Source: Schmidtea polychroa (taxonomy: Eukaryota). Taken from it: a DNA stretch of 64,000 bases. Positions 12,960-25,747 of the stretch are shown here, piece after piece. Location of the stretch: NCBI GenBank assembly GCA_044892525.1, contig CM097885.1:43774001-43838000 (forward strand). The letters run 5' to 3'. Position 1 is the stretch's first letter; the number at the start of each line of letters is the position of its first letter. The notes beneath the pieces were generated by a model, which was not told the origin of the DNA, made no database searches, and saw only the letters and a list, made by a program, of their open reading frames with translations. The translations under genes and the position numbers were made by a program.

Positions 12960-13960
12960 AGAATTATGTAAAAATTCATTAATTTTATTAGCAAAATAAT
13001 CACCTACATGCAAGGGTACATGGAAAGGCTTACACCAAAAATATTTAATTTTTTATAACTTTATTTACAAAACCAACACATCACCTTCGTAAAAGCTTCT
13101 ATATCCCGAATATCTTTACTAATTAATGTTCTTTCAATTATCCACCTAGTTTTTCTTTTTATATGTTTTATAATGTTGCTATACTTCTCCTTACCGTGCA
13201 AACTTTGTTTTCATAACTTTTAACTTTTAAAAAATTAGCTTTTTTATTAAAAATTTCCAACTATCCCTCAGCGCCCTTAATTATTTTAGAAACCATAATA
13301 TTTTTTTCAAAGTAATTTTCTTGAAAGTTCAACAAATTGCCCATAAACAAATGGTACCACTTTTAGAATAATTTAATAATAAATTTATTATCGTTTTTGG
13401 TAAATTTTAATCCAAACCAAAAAACGTTTTAAAACTGTAATTAAAACACGTGACAGAATTTGAAGCCATATTTTATAATGTTATTTGGGTTAAATGCTTT
13501 GACGTTTGACCCTTATCACCATGTTGCTATATTCTCTTCAATGAATACATTCTCTCCTGGATTAAAATTTTCTTCATTGAAATAAAAATATAAAATTTGT
13601 CAACTTTGTCTCGGGATATATTACGATACATTGTTTTTAAATATCTTGGTATCTCAATCATGGGGGGTAGCAGAACACTAATAATTAATTAATTATTACA
13701 AATCTCATAATTGCAATTAGACTAAATCACTTTTTTCATTCGGAAACTGTAACATCAATTCACTTTCCACTTTTTCTAGATATTTTATATTTTCATCTTC
13801 AGCGATATGGCTGACATCTTCTGTTACGCAATAACTGTCACTTTCTTCCTTTTTTCCTAAATTATTTTCAAATATTTCATTTTTCATTCTAAACAAATTA
13901 TTGAAAAATAATAAAAAATTACAAGAAACTTGATTATAAAAATCTGAAATCAAATTAAAT
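12960..13960 (-). pseudogene. Highly decayed piggyBac transposase relic
   Basis: Minus-strand PGENVFIEENIATW**GSNVKAFNPNNIIKYGFKF (about 13460-13560) resembles the piggyBac PGxxLSIDESM..KGR..YxPxKPxKYGxK block. VPLHVGDYF near 13000 resembles the C-terminus. Boundaries are approximate. Confidence 0.55.
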
Positions 13961-14766
13961 TCAATAACAACATAATGACGAAAAGGTAAAAGGATAAATA
14001 AATGTATAAAACAGTATTCCTCTATAATTTTTTAAAAATAAAGAGAGTAGAAAAATCAAAAATAGGAGATTACTGATGTAGAAAATAAAATATTTGTCTA
14101 AATGCCAGTTATTATTTTACCCAATTCTTACAAGGAATGACTATTTTCATTTTTACGATTTTCATTATATTTTATTAACTAATATCTTGAATTTTTCCTA
14201 GCCAAATGTTTCACTTACTCGAAATTAGCAATGCCAATCTAGGCAGTAGCGTGAAGTGGTGCCATCTCAACCGTGTCAGAATTAGAAAGGAGCCCGATTT
14301 TTTCAATATATAAAATACAATAAAGGTAAAATCGTCAACACGAGGTCTCGATAATGGTTTAAATATAAAATATGATGACTTGTGTTTATATCCCATATTT
14401 TATTGACAGTTGCCAAATACAAAGTAATACTTGAATTAAACAGAATTATAAGCGTTATAATGATTATTATGAAACATAAGCCAAAACTTCCACTATATTT
14501 ACCAACGTCTGTCATACTAATTATATTTTTGACATATAATTTCCCCTTAATATTTAAGAAATGATCAGCGAGAAAGTATTTTAAAAAATTTTGAGACTAT
14601 TATTAACTTTTGGTCTTTTCAACAACACATTTCATTTTTGAAAAATCAAGATGAATTTAAAAAAAATCGTGAATTCAGTGCCATTTTTTATTAAAACCAA
14701 ATCGGAAAACAAAATTTTACTAAACTGTTTTACAATAAATAAATATTATTGTGAATATCGGAAAAC

Positions 14767-14783
14767 ATAATAATAATAATAAT

Positions 14784-14850
<67 letters not shown>

Positions 14851-14885
14851 TTAATAATAATAATTATAAAATTAATAATAATAAT
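14767..14885. repeat. (AAT)n microsatellite
   Basis: Seen directly, about 170 bp upstream of protease paralog 3. Confidence 0.95.
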
Positions 14886-15058
14886 TATAAAAATTATGAT
14901 TAGTATTACCATTTTTATGAATTAATTAGAAATCCACGTTTTTAGAATTTTTATAAATTATAATTAAATTTGATTAAAATGTGTTAATTTCACATCAAAT
15001 TTAATAATTTTCACATACACATTATTTAAACTGTAAATTTTGATCTTTAATTTAAATA

Positions 15059-15923
15059 ATGAAATTTTACAATATTTTAATAGTTTTCTTCATTTCCATT
15101 TCTTCAGTATTAACAGACTGGAAGGTTATAAATGGTACACAGTCCATATTGCATGAATATCCTCAAATGGTTGCAATACGTTTAATGGGAGAGCATATTT
15201 GTGGAGGAACATTGCTTAATGAGAATACTGTTCTGACTGCTGCTCACTGTGTCTGGCCAATGAGTGACTGGAAATTGGAAAATTTTAAAGAATATAATGT
15301 AGAGATTGTGCTTGGAGAATACGACTTAGAAAGTGTTTCAGGTCATGAAAAGATTTTTCAAGTAACAAAAACTATATTACACCCAGATTATATAGATGAA
15401 ATGTCTTATTTGAATGGGAATGATGTCGGTTTAATAAAATTTGATGGAAAAGTTCAAAATGATGAATTTCAATATATAAAATATACCGAATATCAAAATG
15501 TTTCAACTTATAAAATAGGAGAGTGGTGTGAAGTTGTAGGATGGGGTAGCCTAGATCCGTCTGGAAGAGGCAGTTCTAGATTTCTTCAAAAAGCATTCTT
15601 AAATGTAAGTTAAAATATTTTTTATTATTTTTTAATTAGTATAGATTGTATCAAGCTACGAATGTGCTTATATATTTACCGAACTACCATATATTCCGAG
15701 TAACTTTTGTGCCGGTTCTGGACACTTATCAACTTCTGCTTGTAAAGGCGATTCTGGAGGACCTTTGTTTTGTAAAGATAGTTTTAATAAAAATATTCAA
15801 GTTGGAATAGTTAGTTATGGCTCAGAACCTTGTGGACAACCAAATGTAGCGACAGTTTTTACAAAAGTATCAGAAGTGGCAAATTGGATAACACGCAAAT
15901 CTAAATCTAACAAATACAATTAA
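15059..15923 (+). CDS. Secreted S1A serine protease, paralog 3 (274 aa); exons 15059-15604 and 15645-15923
   Basis: Signal peptide, VING, TAAHC, NDVGL. After a 40-bp GTAAGT...TAG intron (15605-15644) the frame reads IVSSYEC...SACKGDSGGP...ATVFTKVSEVANWITRKSKSNKYN*. Confidence 0.95.
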
Positions 15924-16216
15924 AAGAAATTTACTAAGAAATAAATATTATTAATTTAAAACTTTGTTCTTAAACAATTAAAGAAAGATGGCATGCGGTT
16001 TCTAAATTTTCTAATAACACTAGTTAAAAAAACACTAGTTTTCAGTTAAATTTGTTTCAATAAATTAACACCATTCTGACTAAAGAATAGAGAGAAATAA
16101 TATTTGGTTAGACATTTAGTTTGCGAAAATGTAATGTTATGAGCGATAAAGGATATCTAGTTAATTGAATTAAATTCACTGAATCATCATGTTTATTAAT
16201 TTCGATATTGTTTATA

Positions 16217-18086
16217 CACCTAACTGCGAAAGTTAACATTGTCTTAAATATACGTTGGTGTGCACACCACCGGAGGTGAGTCACCAATTATACACCAAAC
16301 ACCACTGAGATACGTTCTCTATAGTGGTGGTTGGCGTGTAAAATCACTCAACAATTTATTTATCATCATCATCAGCAAATCAAGCAACAATTTATCATGT
16401 ACTGAATTATGTTTTTTTAATCAATGTTTTTAAAATCAATTATGTTTTTTGGAAATTTATTTTAGCAATTTTACAAATGGCTTACAAGTAATTTTTTTAT
16501 TTAAAGTAAATTTTAAGACTTGAATTCTGATCTATATGAGATATGAGATCATTATTCAAGTTCTTAGATATTACTTTTAATCAACAATATAATTATAAAT
16601 TATTTTTAATTAATTTTCAGGCTTTTTTAGGAATTTTATGTCGTTTATTAAAGTATTTTGGAATTATTTCGAAAAAATGTGAGTCCGATATATTTTTAAT
16701 TATAATTAATTAATTAAATAAATCAATCAATGTATTTTTTTAAAACATTTTGGGAAAAATCGCTGATTAGAATAATTTTTTTAATTTTTGTAATTTTTTT
16801 TCTGAGCTCAATATGAGGGGATTCTTACAGGAAATCAAATCTGGAGTAAAAAGATTTTGAACCAAATTCATCTGCTCTTGATATTTTCATTAAAAATATA
16901 ATTTAAAAAATTTTCAACGATCTTTTTTTTCTAAAAATTGTCTAAAATAGAATTATTATAGAAACGTATCTCATCGTTACAATTTTACGAATCAAAAGTT
17001 TGTATGTGTTTTTTATTATGTGTTGTGCTTGTGTGCATTTTTTAATTTTCTTTCCACTTTTCAGATTTCTATAATATAAGATATATCTCATTGAGCTATA
17101 AATGAGAACATCAACGTGAAATCAAAGTAAGTATGTATGTTTCTATAATGTAAGATTATTGATTTTTTTGTTATATTATAGGAAATGCATCTCAGTGGTG
17201 TTTGGTGTATGACAATGTTAACTTAATTTCATTTTTTCAATTTTTAAAAAATCGTTTTAAGGTAAGTTTTTGAATTGAAGTAATTTTTAGGACTTGAATT
17301 TTGATTTTATATAATTATGAGATCATTATTCAAGTTCTTAAATATTACTGTTAGTCAGCATTTATAATATAACATTGATAATTAAATTTCAGGTGCTTTT
17401 TTTGAATTTTATTTGGATTTATTTGGATTTATTTCGTAAAAATGTAAAATAGATATTTTTATAATTATAAATAAGTAAAGTAATCACCAAACATTTATTT
17501 TTTAAAGACATTTAGTAAAGAATGGATAAAATATTTTTTAAGTTTTTGTAATCTTCTTTCGAATTTTGTCTATTTCTGTAATTCTATGAAAATATTAATT
17601 TGTTAAAATAATTTATTAAAATTTACGATTTGCGATTTTTTCCTGCAAATTCAAAGATGTCGAAGGACCTTCTTCAATATCTGTAAATCTAAAGAAATTT
17701 TATATTCTAAATTATTTTATAATTAAATCTTACGATGTATTTTCTTCTTTTTCCCTAAAGCTCAAGGTAGAGCAGTCAGAATCGGATTCAAAAGTTTTTT
17801 TGTACATAACTTTTTAAATAATTTGAAAATATTGATATGTTAATTATATGTTAATCAATGTTAATTTCGCATAAAAACACTTTACTTAATTTTGTATGTA
17901 TTTTTCATTATGTGTGCTGTGCTTGTATGCTTAATTATTTTCTCTCACTTTTTAGATTTCTATAATAAATATGTTAAATTTCGCAGCATTAAATTTTTAC
18001 ACACAGGTAAGTTTGTGTGTTCCTATAATATATATTTATTGATTTTTTTCAAGATTATAGATAATGTTAACTTTCGCAGTTAGGTG
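16217..18086. mobile_element. TA-flanked MITE, subfamily A (contains nested subfamily B copy)
   Basis: Perfect 24-bp TIR CACCTAACTGCGAAAGTTAACATT, TA on both sides, non-coding body. Confidence 0.9.
16293..17207. mobile_element. TA-flanked MITE, subfamily B, copy 1 (nested in A)
   Basis: TIR CACCAAACACCACTGAGAT, TA flanks, near-identical to 40576-41486. Confidence 0.93.
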
Positions 18087-19259
18087 TATACATTGTTGCA
18101 ACTGACAAATATATAAGATTTTCATTTGTACTTCATCTTACTCATATTTTTCAATCCATATCTATTTCAATAAATAAACGTTGTCGTTTCTAACAAATAT
18201 CGGAACAACGATATCATTTTTGATGAAATTTTGCTGAGGAACTCTAACTTCTATGTATTTTGCTTTACGAACTCCTTAAAATTTTATAATTCTAAATGTT
18301 TCATTGGGTAAATTAACTAAGATTTTGTAAAATGTAACTCCAGTAATGTTTTTGTTGTGGTGGAATTTGAAAATATTGCTAAATTCCACAATTTTCAAAT
18401 TATATGAACAATCTTCCCCGCCTGTTTCTTTGATTCGTAAAGTATAAATCATTTGTAAATGTGGAGACTTATTACGAGTTTGACAGTACACAATGAATAT
18501 AATCTGATTACATAACTCTACCTGTCAATTTATTGAATTAGAAATTTCCATGTTGTATTTTGAGTCCTAAACGATGATTGAAACTCGATTGAAAATCGGT
18601 TCCTGAAATGGATTATAATTTGTGAATATTTATTGTGCAAATCTTTTATCAGTAAGTTCAATTTTTACTATTGAATTTTCAAATTATTGCCAATCAAAAG
18701 GATCTAAAATATGATAATATTTTCACGCCAAACAAAAAAAACAGTAGAATGCAATAAATGTAACAAGAATAATAGATTACAAGACTTTGTTAAGAAGAAA
18801 TACAAAAACAGAATTGAACAATATTTTGGTTATGATAGCAAGATTTCTGAAGCTCTGAGAGTAGAAATTTAAACAGAAAATGTTTATGAGGAACTGAATA
18901 TGTTGAAAATAAATTGAAGTTCTTCGACTACTCAAAATTGTATTGAAATTTGTTTCTTCAAAAGACGCCACTTTACTTAAACACGAAATGTTCATAAAGG
19001 TCTTCGTCACTAAAATTAGCATTCAAAATACTCTGTCTCCCTTTCTGTTTCCATAAAGAAGTACGTTATCAACCGCTATTTGTATTTCTAATATTATTCA
19101 TTTAATGATGTGTTACATGATATTATATATAATAAACACATATATGATTTTTTAAATGTAGGTAATAGTAGAAGAATATGGCCCATCAACACCACTACTC
19201 CCTCCCCCTAGAAAATATTTAGACATACTCGGAATTTAATGAAGGTCAGGAAAAATGCA

Positions 19260-19660
19260 AGTAGATGGATATGTGCCCGCAAAACCATGTGCCCACCAAA
19301 CCACGTGCCCGCAAAACCATCTGCCCGCAAGACCACATTCCCACCTCGGGTGGAAAAATTAAAAAAATATTTTTTCATTGTCAAATTTTAAACAAAGACA
19401 TGACTCATCAAGGTCGTTGAAACAAAGACCATGACTACCCAGATGATTCATATAAGGTCATATGACTAATCCGATGACTCATCAAGGTCATTAAATGTAA
19501 AAGCCCAGTGCAAGACCTTTTTAATGAACTATAGATATCATAATTAACATCAGTAGTTTTAAAGATATTAACAATTGATGACCAGTATCTTTTTCAAAGT
19601 TAAATTATTATTATTTTTCAAAATATTATTAAGTGGTCTTGCGTGCACATGGTTTTGGTC
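19260..19660. mobile_element. Transposon-end remnant resembling a Polinton terminus
   Basis: Begins AGTAGATGGATATGT (14/15 match to the terminus at 4178 read on the minus strand), then about 17-bp GTGCCCGCAAAACCAT tandem units, AAGGTCA motifs, and a partial inverted copy at 19633-19658. Confidence 0.5.
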
Positions 19661-20039
19661 ATGCAAAGAGTTAGTGTTCCTCTCATTCGATTATATTGTC
19701 CGATGGCTCATGTTAAAGCCCAGTGCAAGCACTTTTTAATGAACAATATATATATATCATTAATAACATTATTATTTTTAGAGGTATTAACAATTTTCCA
19801 AGACCATGTTTCAAGTTCATATTATTATTTTTCAAAATATTATTATTATATTATTATTTTATTATCATTTTTCAAGGTGATATTTTAAAATTTAAATATT
19901 CAGAGTTCCCGCCAACCGGTTTTATGATTTGATAGCTCATTCGAAAGGTACTTGAGAGGTGAGTATGCTGGTCAGACCATCACAAGTCTATGGTGAGTCA
20001 ATAACCTTGAAAGGGTTAAAAACCTTCGAATTTTTAAAA

Positions 20040-20482
20040 AACTTATAATATGTATATCAAAAGTATCACATTATCAATAAGAATTTTTACCACATTCCGA
20101 TCAGATCGCTTGCGTTCAGCCAAATCGGCTCTGTTCTTAGAAGTTTCTGGCGTTTCGTTTAAAAGACGTAAAATTCCACCTCCCATTCGATTCCTTATGG
20201 TAAATACAGAATCAGTATGAACCTTTTGTTTTAAATGTCTTTTTAAATAATCTAATTTCCAGTCACTCCATTTTTTCCACTAGAAAATTCTCCTGGAGCA
20301 CTTACTTCTGAACAAAATTTACACGTAACTTCATCTTTTTCAATACAGTAAATGAAAATTTCTCCAATTTTAACTTTTATGGTTTTATTAGATGAAGTTG
20401 GCATTTGTGTTTCAACCAGCTCATCTAGCCACTCTTTTTTGAAAATTGACGATGTTTTCCTTTTTTTGTTTAAGCTTGACAT
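20040..20482 (-). pseudogene. hAT transposase N-terminal (zinc-finger) remnant
   Basis: FKKEWL...CKFC, then after a frameshift WKLDYLKRHLKQKVH: a W..CxxC..H..H finger typical of hAT transposase N-termini. Confidence 0.65.
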
Positions 20483-21301
20483 ATTATAAGGTTTGTTTCT
20501 AGTAAGAAGTTTGATAAACTAGAATAAATTAATATGTAAGAATAAGCTATTATAAGAATTATGAAAAAAAATTAAAGAAATGTTAAAATGTGATTTATAC
20601 TTACATTTGGAATTATATGTGTCGTACTTTCTATACTATAGGTCTAAATACTAACCCTAGTATAGGTAGATAAAGGGTGTTAATTCCAAATACCCATGCA
20701 AGAGCAAAGTGAAAGAATAAATAACGACAATATGTTTGATAGTTTTGTATTAATTAATATAATCTATAATAAATATAGTATTATTATAAATTAAATATAA
20801 CTTAGAAATAATTCTTTTTGAATATAGAATAATTTATAATTATAAAATTAATATGATAATTTTATTTAGCAGATTGTTTGAATTTTTGTTCAGGATTTAT
20901 TTTTTTTGTCCTAGAAATTTGAAATTTATTAACTTGTTTTCATTATTGCAAATACTTTAAATTTTACCACAATCTCCAGTTATAAAACAAATTAGTTTTT
21001 TTTAAGTTGAACAAACACGAATTTACTTAGTTGCACAGTTACAGAGATACTAATGAAAATATTATAACTAACAAAAGCATAAAATAAATTGCCATGAAAT
21101 TTAAGAATGCAAAAATAAAAAACGACCGTTGCTATGGTAAATATGAAAGAAAGCCGGTAGTTTGATGAAAGTAACTAACTTTTTTTTCATGGGTTTTTAT
21201 TTTCAAAATTTTGAATATGTTTTTCTAATTTTTTTTTAAATATGTTGTATATACTTTGTATAGGAATATTGCTTACGACTAGTAGTTGTGAGTAATATTA
21301 G

Positions 21302-21536
21302 TATGAGGAAGTTAAAAGATTCTTAAAGATTAATAAGAAATTTGGTAAAAATTTTAAAAATATTTTTATTGAAAAATATTTTAAAAAGAAGAAATTTATC
21401 AAAGAAATATTTTAAGAAAATCTGAAATTTGTTTAAATAACAAAAATAAGAACAGACAAGTTTTTTGAGATATCTTTTATTAAATAAAATTTTATGGAAT
21501 TATTTAGTGATTTAAAAACGGATGAGAATCTTAATA
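21302..21536 (+). repeat. 5' LTR (235 bp)
   Basis: Direct repeat of 25563-25747; ends TATGAGGA...TCTTAATA. Confidence 0.95.
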
Positions 21537-21549
21537 TGGTGGCAGCGGT
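21537..21549 (+). promoter_or_regulatory. Primer-binding site, probably tRNA-Leu
   Basis: TGGTGGCAGCGGT directly after the LTR, complementary to a ...ACCGCUGCCACCA tRNA 3' end. tRNA identity is from general knowledge, not checked. Confidence 0.8.
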
Positions 21550-21577
21550 AAACACCGACGCGATTACCGAATGATTA

Positions 21578-24500
21578 TTGCCAAAAGTGTACTGTCAAGG
21601 TGATGACTTGGAAAAATTCATCAGAAGATCCGAGATCTATTTCGATGCTAAAGGCATCAATAAAAAAGAACAGGAAAGATTAACCGCATGCATGATCGAC
21701 GAGGATCTATTGGAGAAATATGCGAAAACGGTTAAAAAGCAGAAGGATTTCAAGCCAGGTTACGAATGGCATTTGATTACGAAAGAGACGTAATAAAGGA
21801 TATGGAAAGTTTATTGAATTATAAAAGTAGAGGTGAAGAGATTGAAACATATTTTAAAAAAGTGGAGGACCTTGTTGACAGGTTGTTTGAGAATAAAGAA
21901 TTCACCAAAGAGAAAATAACAGCAAAGATGTTGATAGTATGTGATGAGAATAAAGAAGTTGAGAAAGAAGTAATATTGCGGAAGATAAAAAGCACAGAGG
22001 AGATAAAGGAAACATTAATTCTGATGGATAAAGTGGACAAACAGAGAGATCAGATAAACGCTTTGAAAAGTTATGCAAGAGTGGTCTATCAGGATCCACA
22101 GAGAAGAGGACAGTACAAGCAGAAAGATGAAAGAGAAGAAGTCAGGCGACGAGAAGAATGAGAGTGCTGGCTATGCCACAAAATAGGCCACACGAAAATA
22201 GAATGTCCAGTAAAAAGTAAGATAGAGTGCTGGACATGTCACAGAAGCGGACATATCAGTAGGAATTGTCTAGATAAAAAAGTGCCAAGATGTTTTGGTT
22301 GTGGGAAAGAAGGCCATATAAGAAGGTTATGTCAAGAAATACGGTGTAAAAGATGCAACAAAAATGGTCATAGATCAGAAGAATGTTATACAAAGTCGAG
22401 TTACAAGAAATCGATAGAGAAACAAAGACCGACAGGAAACAGATACAGCCGGATTAATGGAATCGTGCGTAGAGACAAATGAAGATAATTTTAGTAGGAC
22501 GTACCCAAACAAAAGGGCTCCACCAGTAGAGGAGTTGGTTGGAGCCATATACTAACAGAAAAGTGGACGGGATATCCTCAAGGGGTAGAAAAGTGGGAGA
22601 ATGTAGGAAGGGTAAGTGAGAAAGTATACAGGTTCCTAAGGAGAGAAAGGTTTGAAGAGGAAGTGGAAAGAATTGGAACAATTGAAACGGGGCAGGAGGT
22701 AGAAATTGTATATAACAAGCTACAGGGAAGACCTAGTGTAACAGTAATGATGAATGGGGAAATTTTCGACTGTTTATTAGACACCGGAGCACGAATAAAT
22801 GTAATGAGTGTGAACTGTTTTAACAAGTAACGAGGACAACAATTGATGAGAAGCGACGATAAGTTACGATGTGCAAACGAAAGTACGATAGAGACAATTG
22901 GAAGAAAAAAGGTTAAAGTAACTATCGGAGATATTTCTAAGGAAGTTAGATTCATAGTGGCGGAGGAAGTGACACCAGAGGTGATTGGAGGAGTAGAATT
23001 ACAAGAAGCATTTGGATATAGGCTGACAAAAAAGAAAGATATCGAATCTAGTGAAAAAGACAAGAACTATATTTGTAACATTGAAGCAAAATTCGGCAGA
23101 AAGATTGACGCGAGCGTTGGAACATCTAAAGATTGATGAGAATAGTAAATTGAAGGAAATAATAACGAAAAGTGGAAACGTGTTTATGGCGGATAAATGG
23201 GATGTGGGTCGCACGCATTTGGTAAAACATAAGATAATTACAAGAGGTGAACCGATAAACATAAGACCATATCGTCAACCATTGAATTTGGAAACAAAAA
23301 TTGAAGAAGCAATACAAAATTTGTACGAAATCGGGATTATACGGAAATGCAACTCTCCATGGAACACGCCGTTAATCTGCGTATGGAAAAAAGAGAAAAA
23401 AGATATTAGGCTATGCTTGGATTTCAGACAGCTGAATGCAGTAACAGAGAGGCAGGCATTCCCGATGCCAAACATAGACGAGATGTTAGATGTGTTAGGA
23501 GGGTCCGTTTATTTTAGCTCAATCGATCTTGGTAATGCATATTACCAAGTGGAGTTAGACAAAGAATCGCAAGACAAAACAGCATTCTCAAAAAAGAAAG
23601 GGCAATACTGTTTCAATAGAATGCCGTTCGGAACCGCTGCAGCACCAGGTACGTTCCAGGAAATGATGACAAAGGTAATAGGCAAAATAAATGGAGCAAT
23701 GGTCTATTTGGATGACATTCTGATTTATTCGAATAGTAAAGAAAAACATTATACAATACTCAGTGAAGTATTAAAAGCGATCGATGAAGCAGGACTAAAG
23801 ATTAACCCAGAAAAGTAACAAATAATAAAGAAAGAAATCAGATTCTTAGGACACATAATCAGTAAAGAAGGAGTAAAAACCGATCCTTCTAAGATTCAGG
23901 CTATACAAAACTTTGGGAAGCCAAGTTGCGTAAAGAAACTTCGAAGCTTTCTAGGCATTTGTAATTATTATAGAAGATTCATCAGTGAGTATGCAAAGAA
24001 ATCAAGGATGTTAGAACAATTATGTAGCGGTCCGAGTAACAAAAAACTGGAATGGACTGAAGGAACGAATAACGTATTCGAGGGAATGAAGTTAGCACTC
24101 ACAACGGCACCGATTCTATGCTTTCTGGATCTGAGAAAGGAGTTCATTTTAGATACTGATGCCAGTTTTGATAACATTGGAGCAGTGCTTTCGCAAAGAG
24201 ATAAAGATGGAAAGGAGAGAGTAATTGCGTATGGATCACAGTCGATGACAAGCCATGAAAAAGGATATTGCATTACAAGGAAGGAACTATTGGCGGTATA
24301 TTATTTTTGTATTCATTTTAAGCACTATCTCTACGGAAAAAGATTCACGCTAAGGACAGACCACAAGGCGATCACGTTTATGATGACAACCAAGAAGCCA
24401 ATTACTTCACAATTCCAAACCTGGATCAATTATTTGAGCAGTTTGGATATAATCGTTGAATATAGAAAGGGTGTTAATCACCAAAATGCAGACATGGTGT

Positions 24501-25587
24501 CCAGAACTAAATGTGAAACGTGTGTTCAATGTCAAATGGCTCACGAAGAAGCTAAGAAAGGAAAGATAAAAACTAGATTACTAGATTCGATCAGAGAAGA
24601 AGGTAGAAGCACCAATCAACAAATAAATTTGGAAGAAGAATTACCAAAGAAAACGATGATACCTGAAAACGAGATACAAGAAACCATAAAGGAAATACAT
24701 AGACTATTGTGTCATGCTGGAGTCGAGAAGATAGCTGATTATATGAAAGATAGATAGATAGTCAGATTCAGGAAACTATTCGAAGTGAGACTTGTCAAAA
24801 AACCAATTACAGCGAAGGAATCAGTAAAAAAATTAGAATCAACCGAAATGTTCGAAATTATATTTGTGGATATATGTGGACCAATGCAAGAAACAAAAGG
24901 ACGTAAGAAGTATATATTGGGTATAATAGAAGAGTATAGTAAGTATCAAGTCCTGACCGCTATAACAAGACAAGACGAAGAAACAATAAAAAAAACGATT
25001 TTAGAAAAATGGATTTTAAGATTCGGGTGTCCAAAGGAGATAAAAGTTGATTGTGGGAAGGCGTTTGAATCAGGAATGTTGAGAGAATTCACAAAGAAAC
25101 TTGATATTAAGTTATGTTTTTCGACCAAACAAATGGACAGATAGAAAGGCAATTCAGGACAATACGAGAGCTGATAAATGCTACTTTACGAGACAGAAGG
25201 AAGACGGATTGGGCAGAGATACTACCAGAAGTCGAATTTACATTAAATGCAACCAAACAAAAAACGACAGGAATAAGCCCGGCAGAGATAGTTTTTGGAA
25301 AAAAGATTAGCAGGGAGAAATGGTACGGGTCAAAAGAAAAACAGGTAAAGGAAGAACAAGAAGAACAAACAAAGAGGAAATTTGACGTAGGAGATGATGT
25401 GTTAGTAAAATTAGAAACACGCAACAAAAGCCAGGACAGATATGAGGGACCATATAAAGTAATCGAGAAAGTGCATGACAGACGATATATCTTAAGAAAC
25501 GAGAATGGTAAAAAGATTGAAAGAAACGTGGAGAAACTTAAAAAATTTCTTAAGGAGGGAGATATGAGGAAGTTAAAAGATTCTTAA
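21578..25587 (+). pseudogene. Gypsy gag-pol polyprotein, disrupted
   Basis: Four CCHC knuckles (22165-22386), protease LLDTGA (about 22774), RT (LCLDFRQLN, MPFG, YLDD), RNase H (TDAS, RKELLA, TDHK), integrase (HRLLCH, VDICGP, QTNGQIER, GPYKV). Several stops and frameshifts. Confidence 0.95.
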
Positions 25588-25747
25588 AAATTTTAAAAGA
25601 AGAAATTTATCAAAGAAATATTTTAAGAAAATCTGAAATTTGTTTAAATAACAAAAATAAGAACAGACAAGTTTTTTGAGATATCTTTTATTAAATAAAA
25701 TTTTATGGAATTATTTAGTGATTTAAAAACGGATGAGAATCCTAATA
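25563..25747 (+). repeat. 3' LTR (185 bp)
   Basis: Identical to the 5' LTR except for 22- and 28-bp gaps and one substitution. Confidence 0.95.

Larger units (their letters stand above)
21302..25747 (+). mobile_element. Full-length Ty3/Gypsy LTR retrotransposon with disrupted gag-pol
   Basis: LTRs at 21302-21536 and 25563-25747, 5-bp TSD ATTAG, PBS at 21537, PPT AAGGAGGGAGA before the 3' LTR, domain order gag-PR-RT-RH-INT. Confidence 0.97.

Noticed and set aside
18200..19030. Minus-strand ORFs of 71 and 81 aa
   Set aside because: Probably decayed transposon sequence; no recognisable domain or splice structure.
19275..19345. Short repeats as a possible CRISPR array (also 26200-26297 and 63933-64000)
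   Set aside because: Tandem units with no unique spacers, eukaryotic context and no cas genes.
20252..20482. This hAT N-terminus as the missing 5' end of the hAT at 25908-30085
   Set aside because: It lies downstream of that element's 3' terminus on the minus strand, so it is not collinear; treated as a separate relic.
21819..25427. Several minus-strand ORFs over the Gypsy element
   Set aside because: Antisense shadows of A-rich gag-pol with no recognisable motifs.
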